Below are positions 22,701 through 32,998 of a stretch of DNA of 64,000 nucleotides, in pieces (position 1 is the first letter of the stretch; each line of letters starts with the position of its first letter). A program made the translations under genes and the position numbers. The notes beneath the pieces are model-generated. The model saw only the letters and a program-made list of their open reading frames with translations. It made no database searches and was not told the DNA's origin. Location: the NCBI GenBank assembly GCA_965240325.2, contig OZ251235.1:868001-932000 (forward strand), written 5' to 3'. This DNA comes from Rebecca billardiae RCC1528. Taxonomy: Eukaryota; Protista; Haptophyta.

Positions 22701-25700
22701 GTGCTCGCACTGCGGGCTGCGCAATCACACCGCAGAGCGGTGCTGGAAGCTACATCCAGACTTGCGGCCACCCAGGCCGCCCGGCGCACCAAGGCAGGGC
22801 AACTTCAGGCCGCCCGCCAAGCCCGGCGGGCGCGACGGCAAGTTCATCAAAGTACCTCCGCCCCAAAAGCGGGCGGGGAGGCCGCGGGCCCAGATGGTGC
22901 AAGACGAGGACATCGACCCGGAACCCGATGACGCAGATCTCGAGCCGACGCAATACGCGTATCTGGACTCGGGCGCGTCCCAATCATTTGTCGATATCAA
23001 CCTCGGCCTGCTACACAATGCTCACCCGATCAGCATGTCTGTCAAGGTCGCCAAGCGCGACATTGAGCTACACGCATCCAAGGCAGGCGACATGTACGTA
23101 TACTTACTCGACGCCGACTCAGACACAACCGTGCCGGTGTGCCTGGAAAACGTCGTCGGAGTCGAAGATCTCGATACTACTCTTTTTTCAGTCAACGCGT
23201 TCGCCGCGGTCGGAATGGCTGTGGTGTTCGACGAACGACCATACATCCGCATCGGCCCCAAGAGGGTTCATTTGCGCCCCGACAACACCGTCGGATTCAA
23301 GGCAGTCGTACCCAAGGCCGAGACAGCCATGCCGGCCACCGCGGACGACGTGCCACCAGACGTCGACCCGATCAAGAACGGGCGGAAGATCACGCTCTGG
23401 CAATCCAGACTAGGATATGCCGATATCAAGCGTGTACGCGCAACCTACCGCGCGAACGACAAGATGTCGGAGGCATCGCCCTGCACGTACCAGCCCTCCG
23501 ACGTTGCCAAGTTCAAGGCCAAGCCGTTCCCGGGCACACGTGAGAGAACAACTCGACCGCTCGAGATGCTCCACAACGATGTCATCGGGCCCATCAACGG
23601 GCTGCCCGCAAAGACTCCAAGGTGGGGAACTCTATTCATCGATGATTTTTCCGGATACATGCGCTTCTACGACATGCAAAACAAGGCTGAAGCGCCGGAG
23701 AAGCTCGACCTCATGGCCAGCGAGATGGGAGCCAACTCTCTATCCGCCACCATGCAGAACAAGGGCATCGCCGGATGCACCATTCACCTCGACGGAGGCC
23801 GAGAGTTACATTCAAAGAATTGGAACCGAGTCCTTCGCAGGTACGACATGCTATGCAACTACATGTCGCCCCCCCACACGCAGCAGCTGAACGGCGTCGC
23901 CGAACGTGGCCTCGGAGTCATCATGAATGACGCGAGGACAATGCTGTACCTCTCAGGCGTACACCACAAATGGTGGTATTGGGCAGCCAAGTGCGCTGCC
24001 GCGCAACGCAACCTGATGAGCAAGCATCCTACCAGCGATGGCAAGCTGGTTTCACCGCACGAGTTGATGTTTGGCACCTCGCCCGGGCCCTTCCTGCAAA
24101 AGCTGAGAGTCTGGGGCTCGCCCTGCATCTACCTCGTACAGTCGATCAACAAGCAGAACAAGCTACTCCCGCGCGCGCGGGAGGGCATCTTACTGGGATA
24201 CGGATTTGACGGTATCTTCGAGCGAGGCACCATCAAGCGATCGCACGGATACATCGTTTTGAGTGCCGACGACGGGAAAATCGTCATCACTCGGCACGTC
24301 AAGTTCAACGAGCAAGTCATTTTGGATCGAATCTCTACGCATTTCAAGGAGATCCGCGAAATTCGGGACCCCCTGCTGGCGTGGAGCGCTCGGCGACCTC
24401 CTCAAGGTGCAGATGCTGGTAAGACCCGTGACAGCAACACCAACGAGGAGGGCGACGAAGAGTTTGCCAGCAGCAGCAGTGACGCCGACAGCGACTCCGA
24501 GCGCGGAGGAGACGATCCGCCATCGCCGGACGAGGAATCAGACGACGATGACAAGGACGACAGGGACAAACCCGACGACGACGAGAAGGGAAATGATGGC
24601 GACGGCGACGACGGTGATGGAGACGGCCCCGGAGCTGGAGGCAGACCATCGCAGAGCAATACGCCACCGCAGCCAAAGCAGCCTCCTCCCTCCGCCGATC
24701 GCCGCCCACAGCGGACTCGCAACATGACTGGCAAGTCATACTTCCCGCCGACGCGGCGCGCGCGCGCGCGCGCGCAGCTCGCGCAGCTCGCATCAGATAT
24801 CCCGGTACCTACATCGTTCAAGGAAGCGATGGAGAGCAAGCAAGCATCCGATTGGACAAGGGCTATCATGGAAGAATACGAGGCCCACGACAGGCTGGGC
24901 ACATTCACGCCCGTCATTGTTCCCAAAGGGAAAGCAATTATCCCATCGAAGCTGGTCTTCAAGGTCAAAGCCAATCCAGATGGTACCATCGAACGGTACA
25001 AGGCAAGATTGGTTGGTCAAGGCTTCCGCCAGATTCAAGGAGTCAATTACGACGAGGTATTCTCGCCTACTATCCGGTACGAGAACGTACGCCTCCTATT
25101 GGCACTGACGACGGAGCTACGAACACCAGAAAGACCTTGGATCATCCACTCCGCAGACGTGAGTACGGCGTACCTCCAAGCCCCATTGGAGGACGGCCTG
25201 AAGATCTACACTACGCTACCCCCGCTGTACCCGTGTGCCCTCAAGCCACCCGAGGGACACGTGGTCGCGGCTGACTGGGATATGGCCCTTCCAGGATTTA
25301 AGCAGAGCGGCAGACGATGGCACATCCGCCTCAGCCAGAAACTGCGAGAGAAAGGATTCAAGAAACTCACACAGTCGGAGTGCATCTTCGTCCGCACCTC
25401 AGGAGACATCATCGACGTCATCGCAGTGTACGTGGACGACCTGCTTATTCTGAGCAGCTCCCCCGACAGCGCAAGACCCAGCTCGATTATCGGAGAAATT
25501 CGAAAAGAATTCACCCTCCGGGATCTGGGACCAGCAACGACTTTCCTAGGCATGAGTATCGCCCAGGGGCCCAAGTCGACGACTATCTCCATGTCACAGT
25601 ACATCACCGATCTCCTCAAGAAGCACGACATGAGCGACATTACGCCCGTCGACAACCCGTGCAGATCGGCAGCAGAGCATCCGACAGCAGTCGAGACAGA

Positions 25701-26409
25701 CGATTCATCATCGTGCTCGCCGGAGGGGTCAAAGACCTACCGAGCAATTGTCGGAGCGCTACTATTCATCATGAACACCTGCCGACCCGACATCAGCTAT
25801 GCAGTCAATATGTTGGCAAGGCACATGGCAAGCCCAAGCTCGAACGACCTTAAAGGTGCCAAGCGAGTGCTCAGGTACTTGGCCGGGACAAAGAATTCCG
25901 GCATCACTTTCACATCAACGGCTACTACTCAGCCACGAACGGAGATGTTTGTGGACTCGGACTGGGCCAACGATACAAAAGATCGCCGCTCGACCGGAAG
26001 CTATATCTACTTCCATGCTGGCGGCCCAGTATCGTGGCGCACCTTCAAGCAGTCAATCACAACCCTCTCATCATGTGAGGCCGAATATGTCGCACTCGCG
26101 GAAGGGGCCAAAGAGGCAGTTTACCTACGCGACGTCATCAGCGATATCCTCAACATTCCAAAGACTCCCATTGTGATCCACGAGGACAACAAGGGGGCGA
26201 TTGATCTCTCAAAGAACAGCATTCATCATAAGCGCACCAAGCACATCGACGTACGACACCATTTTATTCGAGATTGTGTCGACCTCGGTGCAGTCAACAT
26301 CACCAAGGTGCACACATCGGAAAACATCGCCGATTGTCTGACCAAGGCGCTACCCAAGGACAAGTTCACCAAATTTCGAGACATCATGGTTACACCAGTT
26401 TCGAATTGA
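19756..26409 (+). CDS. Copia gag-pol polyprotein (2217 aa) with ~700-aa N-terminal extension
   Basis: Zn knuckle CSHCGLRNHTAERC; protease YLDSGAS; integrase HNDVIGP/HLDGGRE/NGVAER; RT ADVSTAYL and YVDDL; RNase H VDSDWA, EAEY, EDNKGA, ADCLTK. Confidence 0.97.
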   Translation: MSSRVQNVVRSYDQRKRTRIDRLRHHGSPMLLDIDFGDNAGSARNDTGRKEDIEFPSSRWYDQGGSPRTFYEDCRSSIENRDRHDGHYPRGEQGPSRQGNGGGRHHAPTEYKHHRRSDDNLVPYDGTWFAESTRPSNSAHAHWHPPHSRGHRYHPSHDSEAERAAPRTGARATEPMTIPSAQERSSAHDKYPNGPRPSGTLGWDYKQPVVLPEQWRVPPSSQKDDSPSSQSLHRDATTQTESPDSASPTATGHDQHGGSSVAAPEADAMAGDIPTISVVTDFKEPHSHYPFDPGQITGEQRSEPFEEFAPQLDDLARGSTPPPDALSLNDVLSVLKDAAIDINGLVYQDPMDIGDDIFTIGGMCSDPTDRPQSILCCNKAAWEHAARDKHRMSSYLCTYPLLAVSSWYGVGETFDCIIPEIPARKNMGNGIYCSQWSEIDDDDPKSRQPCDNQSCTSMHCTLECIICGMGRVCSYRCADAIQVQHQLECEQIIQIAAMNDGIDIDDDGIHFHRQDGPVAAADRRSLSVVNDAGASLDDICPWRPSKRCTIYSGGFIAAAAERQGHNYTVGDYVRERDELHQSKFDLMFHCNDALLQPGVACFLHKEFYGLTSEASEGHSPADDGPPGGVTTYPPATTGDDNSAQQSSDGDESSTSSDMGSYATAEDHIETSSLDASPRTRRNGGEACITYLPDAHAMMAVQTSQPGVGSYKLNFFTIKSKMAIHGAIKDAVTEVKASFKGRATDTTSSMVTLVEARLSGYELAEAAVWTAENAIREPYATAFANMDADTTIMQMTIVYERSVEVLFKRIKDMMLPSLFSYLESKRHIVNPNENFLNLHTLLEIFEHELNVSTMSELRAEFKKLYPDRPTPVSGPEMIKQTVEMVRASRYRELDDATLLVFKLYNGMHEHPEVYSTVISIYGSMSPQQCVAQTEQLTAQIEDAYRRWTQSPKGRQATQRDPKRGGPAHALNTEEADRRQPAVTCSHCGLRNHTAERCWKLHPDLRPPRPPGAPRQGNFRPPAKPGGRDGKFIKVPPPQKRAGRPRAQMVQDEDIDPEPDDADLEPTQYAYLDSGASQSFVDINLGLLHNAHPISMSVKVAKRDIELHASKAGDMYVYLLDADSDTTVPVCLENVVGVEDLDTTLFSVNAFAAVGMAVVFDERPYIRIGPKRVHLRPDNTVGFKAVVPKAETAMPATADDVPPDVDPIKNGRKITLWQSRLGYADIKRVRATYRANDKMSEASPCTYQPSDVAKFKAKPFPGTRERTTRPLEMLHNDVIGPINGLPAKTPRWGTLFIDDFSGYMRFYDMQNKAEAPEKLDLMASEMGANSLSATMQNKGIAGCTIHLDGGRELHSKNWNRVLRRYDMLCNYMSPPHTQQLNGVAERGLGVIMNDARTMLYLSGVHHKWWYWAAKCAAAQRNLMSKHPTSDGKLVSPHELMFGTSPGPFLQKLRVWGSPCIYLVQSINKQNKLLPRAREGILLGYGFDGIFERGTIKRSHGYIVLSADDGKIVITRHVKFNEQVILDRISTHFKEIREIRDPLLAWSARRPPQGADAGKTRDSNTNEEGDEEFASSSSDADSDSERGGDDPPSPDEESDDDDKDDRDKPDDDEKGNDGDGDDGDGDGPGAGGRPSQSNTPPQPKQPPPSADRRPQRTRNMTGKSYFPPTRRARARAQLAQLASDIPVPTSFKEAMESKQASDWTRAIMEEYEAHDRLGTFTPVIVPKGKAIIPSKLVFKVKANPDGTIERYKARLVGQGFRQIQGVNYDEVFSPTIRYENVRLLLALTTELRTPERPWIIHSADVSTAYLQAPLEDGLKIYTTLPPLYPCALKPPEGHVVAADWDMALPGFKQSGRRWHIRLSQKLREKGFKKLTQSECIFVRTSGDIIDVIAVYVDDLLILSSSPDSARPSSIIGEIRKEFTLRDLGPATTFLGMSIAQGPKSTTISMSQYITDLLKKHDMSDITPVDNPCRSAAEHPTAVETDDSSSCSPEGSKTYRAIVGALLFIMNTCRPDISYAVNMLARHMASPSSNDLKGAKRVLRYLAGTKNSGITFTSTATTQPRTEMFVDSDWANDTKDRRSTGSYIYFHAGGPVSWRTFKQSITTLSSCEAEYVALAEGAKEAVYLRDVISDILNIPKTPIVIHEDNKGAIDLSKNSIHHKRTKHIDVRHHFIRDCVDLGAVNITKVHTSENIADCLTKALPKDKFTKFRDIMVTPVSN

Positions 26410-26416
26410 GGGGGCG

Positions 26417-26969
26417 TGTCAAAGTCCAAGGCAGCCATCGGCGCCATTCCCCAGCTCGAGACTTTAATTCCAAGGCGCTGAGCAATTTCAGCCGCCAAGC
26501 TACAGACTTTCATCATGCAATTCAATCGGTTTCACCATTCAAGAGCAAGGCCAACAGCAGCCATTGTTCATGCAATTTACTACTCCAAAGATAAGGAGCA
26601 TCGGCACACACATGAGGTCTTCGGACTACACATCCAAGGGTCCAGGGATTCTTCACCACTTGGGAAGGTACCCTGAACTGGACCAGAGACTACCATGCAG
26701 TCATCAGAACTTTCTTTTCATTTCGAGGAGACGTCCCGATCATCACAGGAAGCTTTCGTGCAATGACGCGAAGGCAATCAACGGAATTCCGAGAGCATTC
26801 CGACCGAGGAAAGCAGGCACACGAAGATTCCAAAATCTTCGATGCCACTTCCATCAGCTTTCACCAGACTGAAACATCAGCCAACCTGAAACCACCGTCA
26901 GCAAGGGGGACGCCCCTTCGCCCCACGAAACACAGTAAGGACCGCACGACACGCGCGAAGCGCCAATCA
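26417..26969 (+). repeat. 3' LTR
   Basis: No difference from the 5' LTR noticed by eye; the internal ORF translations are identical. Confidence 0.97.
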
Positions 26970-26971
26970 AT

Positions 26972-27026
26972 ATCATTGACGCGGGTAGCCCGAAGGCGTT
27001 CCCTTCGGGCTACCCGCGTCAATGAT
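26972..27026. other. Perfect 25-bp inverted repeat (hairpin, 5-nt loop)
   Basis: ATCATTGACGCGGGTAGCCCGAAGG-cgttc-CCTTCGGGCTACCCGCGTCAATGAT. Confidence 0.95.
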
Positions 27027-28507
27027 GTATCTCCCGCGCGCGATTCATATAACCGTATCCTTTCTGATTAATAGTTACCTCCCGTCGATTAATACTGCTC
27101 ATCACACGGCTTCGCGCGATGATACAAAAGCCCTGCCAAACGAACGAGCGGGCTCGAGCAAAGCCTCTGAGGCGGGCAATGCGTGACGCAGGCACGATCT
27201 TCAATCCGACAAGACTCAGCACTGGTGCGCGCAGCTGCGCGGCGGGTCCCAACGGCCGTCGCCATCGCATTCGTGCCTCGCTCACTCCGCGCGCCCCGCC
27301 GGCGCCCTGCCATGCGCGCGCGCCCGCGCGCGCCACGCGGCACGCCCGCGCAGCTGAACTCTCGGCATGTTCGCGGGAAGTCGCTCGCCCAAGCCCTCAC
27401 GCTCGCGCCGTCCATGACCATGGCCGCGCTGTGATGGCTCCGCGTGCGGAGTGCTGACCGTGAGCCTCTCTCTCTCTGGCTGCGCATGACGGCGCGGCAA
27501 GCAGCGCGCGCAGATCTGCGGGCGACGAGGCTGGGCGCCAGTCCTCGCAGCACGGTCATGAGCACGAGGCCGAGCGCGGACATCTGTTTTGCTCGCGACG
27601 AGGCTGGGCTTAGATCTGCGAGCGGCGAGTCCGCGACGATGGCGAGGTGGCATATGCTACGGGCGACGCCGTGCTCCTCTCTCGCCCGTGCTCGCAGTCG
27701 CCCTCGCGCTCCAGGCCGTCGGCCGACAGCACCCGCGGCGGCGCCGACGCGCACAACAAAGGTCGCAATCCATCTACGTCCAGGATGTCACGTGCCGTGG
27801 GGAGCTCATTGTGCCCGCATTCGAGGGGAAGACGCCGAGGGCGTGCAAGGAGCGGCTGCTGCGGCTGCGGGAGGTCGTAGATAGACAGGCTCGAGCCGCG
27901 GCTGCTCGCGACGCTCTTTCCCGCCGCCGACCGGCCGACGAGCTGCGAGCTCAGAGCTGCGAGCTCATTCATCCGACGCTGCGCCGATCCCGCCGAGCGC
28001 GCGAGGCTGTGCGAGGCTGAGACGGGCGAGCTGCCGAGCGCGATCTCTGCGCTGCGCGCGGCCACAGCAGCGCGCCCGAAGCGCACCGGGCGGAGGCGCT
28101 GCGGCTGCTGCGCGTCGAGTTCGACACGGCGCAGCCCCCCGAGTCCGTCGATCGCGATTCGCGTCGATAGTACTCGCGCCCGCGCCAGCCGCGCCTCCTG
28201 GCTCCCTACTCCTGCACGGCAACGGCGCCGGGCGCGCGCATCGTGATTCGGTGAAGAACGCGAGGGAACTACCAGGGCCGTGCGCCCTCAACTTCGTGTT
28301 TACTACCCGAAGATCGGCGTAGCCGATCATATAATTTCATCGCGTCTGCATGTTCGCCGATGATCATGTCGTCGTGTATAGCTAGTAGCTACTCTACGAG
28401 TACGACATGACCGCGTACTCGGACGTCTGGACCCAGGGCCGCCGAGAGACAGGCCGAGAACATCGTCTGATCCGCGCATGACGGATGATACCGCGCGGCG
28501 CGAGTGC

Positions 28508-29959
28508 TCAGTGGAGCGTGCTCGCAAGGGGCGGCAGCTGCGTCAAGCGCTGGACCGGCACTGGCTGCGCATCCACGGGCGGCTCATCACTGAACGTCAG
28601 CCCGAGGCCGAGCGCAGCCGACTGCAAGCCGCACGCGTACGCAGCGCCTTCCGCCGTCAAGAACAGCGCGTGGGTTTCGCCAAGCGCGCACTGGAGCACA
28701 CGCGCATGGGCGAGGGCACCCACCTGCGCGGGGGACGTCGACGGGGCGGTGGTGGCGAGCCCGAGCACGCCGCACTCGTTGAACCCAAAGGTGCGCACGC
28801 TGCCGTCCGCGCCCAGCACCGCGCTGGTGTGGGTGCCCGTGCACGCGCGTACCGCGCGCACACCCTCCAGCGCCTCGATACGCACGGGCAGCGGCTGTGA
28901 GAGCCTGTCGCCGTGGCCAAGGGCACCACTGGTGCCCGGTCCGAACGAGCACACCACCCCCTCGCTGTCCACCACCAGGCTGTGCATGTAGCCCGCGCTC
29001 ACGTGCACGGCGCGCACGCCAGCGAGCGCCTCGATGCGCCTCGGCGTGAGCTGATTCTGATCGTGTCCGTGGCCGAGAGGTCCAAACATGCCGTTGCCAC
29101 ACGAGAAGACGGCGCCGTGTACGGAGAGAAGCAGCGTATGGGAACAGCCCGCGGCCATCCCGCCCGCGCGCACGCCGTCCAGCGCCTCGATGCGCGTCGG
29201 CTCGTACCGGCGCTCCGTGTCGCCGTGGCCGAGCTGGCCGTAGTCGTTGCCGCCCCAGCTGTACATGCAACCAGAAGAGGTCAGCGCGACGCTGTGCTCA
29301 AAGCCGGCCGCGATGCCCACGACGGCTTCATGCCGGAATGCATTCGCCAGAGCGAACGAAGGCCGCGTCTGCGTGTCCCCAAGCCCGAGCTGGCCTGACT
29401 CGTTGTCGCCGCAGCCGTACACGGCGCCGGCGTCGCTCAGCGCGAGCAGGTGGGAGCTGCCCGCAGCCACCGCGACCAGGCGCACCGCGGCTAAGGAGGG
29501 CACGCGCGTCGGCAAGCACACGCTCGGCGCATCTGGGTGACCGATAGCCACGGGCGCTTGATACTCGCCCGTCGGCCGCTGGCGCTCATCTCGCACCTCC
29601 TCCTCGCCGCACGTGTGCAGCCCGCAGTCCGCGTCCACAAATGCACTGAAGCTAGCGGCGGCAGCGACGTATGCGCTGGCGGCGACGACGTTCTGGTGCG
29701 CGTGCGCGACCTCGAGCAGTCGCTCGCGCGCAAACAGCTCCTCCAGCCACGTGCGCACGCCCGCTGGTAGCACGGGCGGCAGCGCGTGATCGTGCCCGCG
29801 AGCGCGCGCGCGCTCGCGCAGCGCGTGCTCGACCGGCGAGCGCTCGCCGGGCGTGCCGCGGAAGAGGCGCGCCGTGGCGTTGGCAGCGGCGAGGTCACGC
29901 GCGCTGTCGAGGTGAAGCAGCAGCCGCGAGATCAGCTCGGGCGGCAGGTCGGCCAGCAT
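28508..29959 (-). CDS. F-box-like + RCC1-repeat protein
   Basis: Start MLADLPPELISRLLLHL (F-box-like). Repeats such as VAAGSSHLLAL..GAVYGCGDNESGQLGLG and AGFEHSVAL..YSWGGNDYGQLGHG. Confidence 0.9.
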   Translation of the reverse strand: MLADLPPELISRLLLHLDSARDLAAANATARLFRGTPGERSPVEHALRERARARGHDHALPPVLPAGVRTWLEELFARERLLEVAHAHQNVVAASAYVAAAASFSAFVDADCGLHTCGEEEVRDERQRPTGEYQAPVAIGHPDAPSVCLPTRVPSLAAVRLVAVAAGSSHLLALSDAGAVYGCGDNESGQLGLGDTQTRPSFALANAFRHEAVVGIAAGFEHSVALTSSGCMYSWGGNDYGQLGHGDTERRYEPTRIEALDGVRAGGMAAGCSHTLLLSVHGAVFSCGNGMFGPLGHGHDQNQLTPRRIEALAGVRAVHVSAGYMHSLVVDSEGVVCSFGPGTSGALGHGDRLSQPLPVRIEALEGVRAVRACTGTHTSAVLGADGSVRTFGFNECGVLGLATTAPSTSPAQVGALAHARVLQCALGETHALFLTAEGAAYACGLQSAALGLGLTFSDEPPVDAQPVPVQRLTQLPPLASTLH

Positions 29960-31087
29960 TAGCACTCCCGAGCGCGCCCTTGCCCGCGCGGCCCGACCTG
30001 ATGAGATACAGTCGGAGCGTTGCGCCAGCTGGACAAACGCGAAGGACCCAAGACCCAGGATCCTTGGACTTGTGGAGGGCCCTGGCGAGACCTGCACTCG
30101 GATCGGGGCCCTCTCTCGCTGTGCCGCTTTCGGCGCACGCCCGGCCGCGCGGCGGGCGACGTGTGCGCACGCCGTGCAGCTCGCGGCGCGTGCGCATTGG
30201 CTAGCTGGCACACGTCTCCCGACGCACAAGGCAAATGACCGCAGCTGGGATGCTCTTTCGCGCCGCGAGAACGCGTGCGAGGCCGGTCGCCGCGGCCGAG
30301 CGGCGTGGCCGTGCCGCCTGCACGCTGGGCGCCCATGGACGTGGCTTCGCCGCGCGCGCTGAGGCCGGCGAGCGTCGCGACCGACTTCCACGACGCGTGC
30401 GACGCGCCATCTGCCCGCTTCCTTGCCTGTGACGCACGTCTTCTGCGGGCAATGGCGACTCGCGCGCCCATGCGGCGGCGAGGCCGCCTTCCGCCGCGCT
30501 TTGCCGTTGGACAGCGCGGAACATTTCTTTTTGAAAAGCGCCGATCTGAAAAGACCGGAAGGCGTTTGTCCAGCTGGCGCAACGCCCCTGGGCCTGTACT
30601 AAGAATAAGAGACCCACACAGCTCAGGCAGGCGAGCGGTTGACGCCCGCCAAGCCCCGCCAACCTCCAACCGTCACCGCCCATGAAGCCGTCGTCGCCGA
30701 TGGTAGCGCCGCCGGAAAAATTCGTTCAGCCGTCCGCCTGCGAGGCCTGGACGAGGGCTGCGGCCGCCTCGCGGCGCGCCAGCGCCCGTCGTCCTCGCCC
30801 ACGGCAACTCGGCAAGCCATCAACGTGCCACTCTGCATCGTCAGTGAATCAATCGGACCTGGGACTGTCTGTTTTGTGGCGCGCGGTGCCTTTGTACACC
30901 GGTACACCGGCCAGTGTTGGATGGCGCGTCAAATTTATGCGTCAATGAGTCAATCACGCCAGTGTCAGGGAACCGTGACTGAGTTCTGACGAATACGATG
31001 GCAGAGACATGAGTTGTACAGTACAACAGCGTGCAGTTGCACGTTAGATATATGCTGCGCTGATATGCGCCGCCATCAAGCTGATAT

Positions 31088-32998
31088 GACCGCGTTCCGC
31101 GGTCCTTCCGTAGAACCAACGTAGTTAGGGGCCCGCGGTGCACCCTCCGTCGGCTGCTGTCTCAGTCTGGTCAACATGGCGGGCCGATGAGGACTGTCGC
31201 CGCGGGCCCGCGCGAAGAAGTACGGACGGCGGCCGGGGCAGCGGCGCGCGCGCGCAGGGCGAGCCTGCCTTGAGGTGCTCGCGCTGCGCCACGCGCTCGA
31301 CGACGGGCCGCTGGTCGCTCAGCCGGCGCGCCTCGTGCCGGCAGAGCGAGAGCGCGCACCACTCTGCTGGCCCCACCCCCAGCGGCCCCAGCCTGCGCTC
31401 ACGGCGCTGCGCAGCCGCGCACCGAGAGGCGAGACCGAGCGGAGCTCGGGGTGGAACGAGGCGAGCGGCGGGTCGCGCCTGCCGCCGCGCGTGCGCGCCT
31501 GCTCCACCGCGCCACCGTGCTCGCCCGCCGCCTCCTCCGCCGCGTCGGCCTCGAAGCCACGGCGGCGGCCAGCCAGCCTCCGACCGAGGCGGAGCCCGTG
31601 CGTGCTCACTCACCCGGCGCGGTGGCGCCCTCGAGTCGACGGCCGTCTACTCCACAGCTGGCTGCTCGAGCTGCTGCACGGGGCGTCGCGACGAGGGCGC
31701 CGCGCGCGCCCAGCGCGTCCGTCGCCGCGTCGCGCAGCGCGTCGAGCTCGGCGCCGCGCTTCGCCAGCTCGGCGCCCAGCGCCTCCGTGCGCACTCGTGC
31801 TCATTCGATTGTCGTCATCGCGCTCGTCGGCTCCGTGGCGAGCCCGCGGGGCGGACGAGCGGACTACTGCGCGCCGCAGCAGGAGCAGCGCGCGGCGCGC
31901 AGCGCTCCGCGCGCAGCAGGGCCGTCTCCTCATCCACCGAGTGCACGGTCTGCGCGGCGGCGACGGCGGCGCGCGCCGCCGCGGGGGGACGCACGCGCTG
32001 CAGGCCGAGATGAGTCCGGCCGCCGAGCCGCGGTGGCGGCGTCGGCGTGCGCGCCGGGCGAGGTGGGCGAGCTCACGCGGCCCGGGCTCAGCACGCCCGT
32101 GCACAGCGCCGGCCGCGGTGGCGAGCGCGCACCGCTCGGCCGCGGTGGCAACCGGCTGAGCGGTTGATGTTTGAAGCCGCGACGGGTCAGCGACGTCTCC
32201 GATGACTCGGCCATGATTGTGGTCCTCCTTCGCCCACGGGTGCTTTGTCGACCATCCGCTGGAGGCGCGCCAACGTCGGTACGGACAGCGCCTGCTTGAG
32301 CGTCGTGATGTGCATCAGCTCGAGCCGGCCGAAGATGGGCCCGCCGACGGCGATGATCATGATGTGCGCGCTTGCCGCTTGGGCACCCGTCCTCGTCGCG
32401 AGACGCTGGCGGGCGGGTAACCCGTTTTTCTTATTTCATTATGGCAAAGGAGGTTCATCCATCGAGGCAGGCGGGTAACTTGGTTTAACCAGCGCTATTC
32501 AAAACAATCCCTTCATTATGACACTCAGGAGGTTCATCCATCGAGGCAGACGGGTGACTTGGTTGGACAAGCGCTATTGAAAAGAATCTCTTTTAATATG
32601 ACGAGGCGGTTCATCCATCGAGGCAGGCGGGTAACGTATTTGAACAAGCACTATTCAAAAGAATCTGGCCTCATAGCTGTTTTCGACCCAAAACAATCAA
32701 ACGTCGCTCGGCAAACTCGTACTTCAGCATACAAGAGGGGTAGGAATACTCACTTGTTTCACCCCCGGGGTATCTGATCCCACGTCCGTCCATAGTAGAT
32801 ACAAGAATTGCAGCGGGCGCGGCCTTTTAAGCTGTGATGGACAGCATACCCCCCCTCAAAAAGTCGAAAACTCACCCTCCAACAGCCCTCAAAATCGTCC
32901 CCCATCCCCTTTTCTTTGATCAAAAGATCTTTTTTGACAACGTAGTGAGGGCCCCCGGCGGGGCTCCACGCTACGCGCTCCGCCCTGCACCGCGGGCC
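31088..32998 (-). mobile_element. Family A copy 4
   Basis: AT + hairpin at 31088-31104, sub-terminal repeat at 31130-31142, terminus CCGCGGGCC|AT at 32998. About 31335-31795 is an inverted homologue of 13585-14060, and 32670-32790 of 14370-14490. Confidence 0.85.
32410..32665. repeat. Diverged ~60-80-bp tandem repeats inside copy A4
   Basis: GGTTCATCCATCGAGGCAG.CGGGT.AC occurs three times. Confidence 0.8.

Larger units (their letters stand above)
19204..26969 (+). mobile_element. Full-length Ty1/copia LTR retrotransposon
   Basis: Two 553-bp TG...CA LTRs, 5-bp TSD ATATC (19199-19203 / 26970-26974), polypurine tract GAGGGGG before the 3' LTR, single gag-pol ORF in PR-IN-RT-RH order. Confidence 0.98.
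18710..28328 (+). mobile_element. AT-flanked asymmetric-end element, family B (~1.85 kb excluding the nested copia)
   Basis: AT|GGCGCACG at 18710. Inverted CGTGCGCC at 28279-28286, 25-nt spacer similar to family A, hairpin GATCGGC-GTA-GCCGATC at 28312-28328, then AT. Confidence 0.75.

Noticed and set aside
12563-32998. One large TIR transposon bounded by the ~150-bp inverted blocks at 12563/14201 and 18586/32998
   Set aside because: Each block pairs better with a nearby hairpin-type end and shares cargo accordingly. They are 5' ends of separate, oppositely oriented copies.
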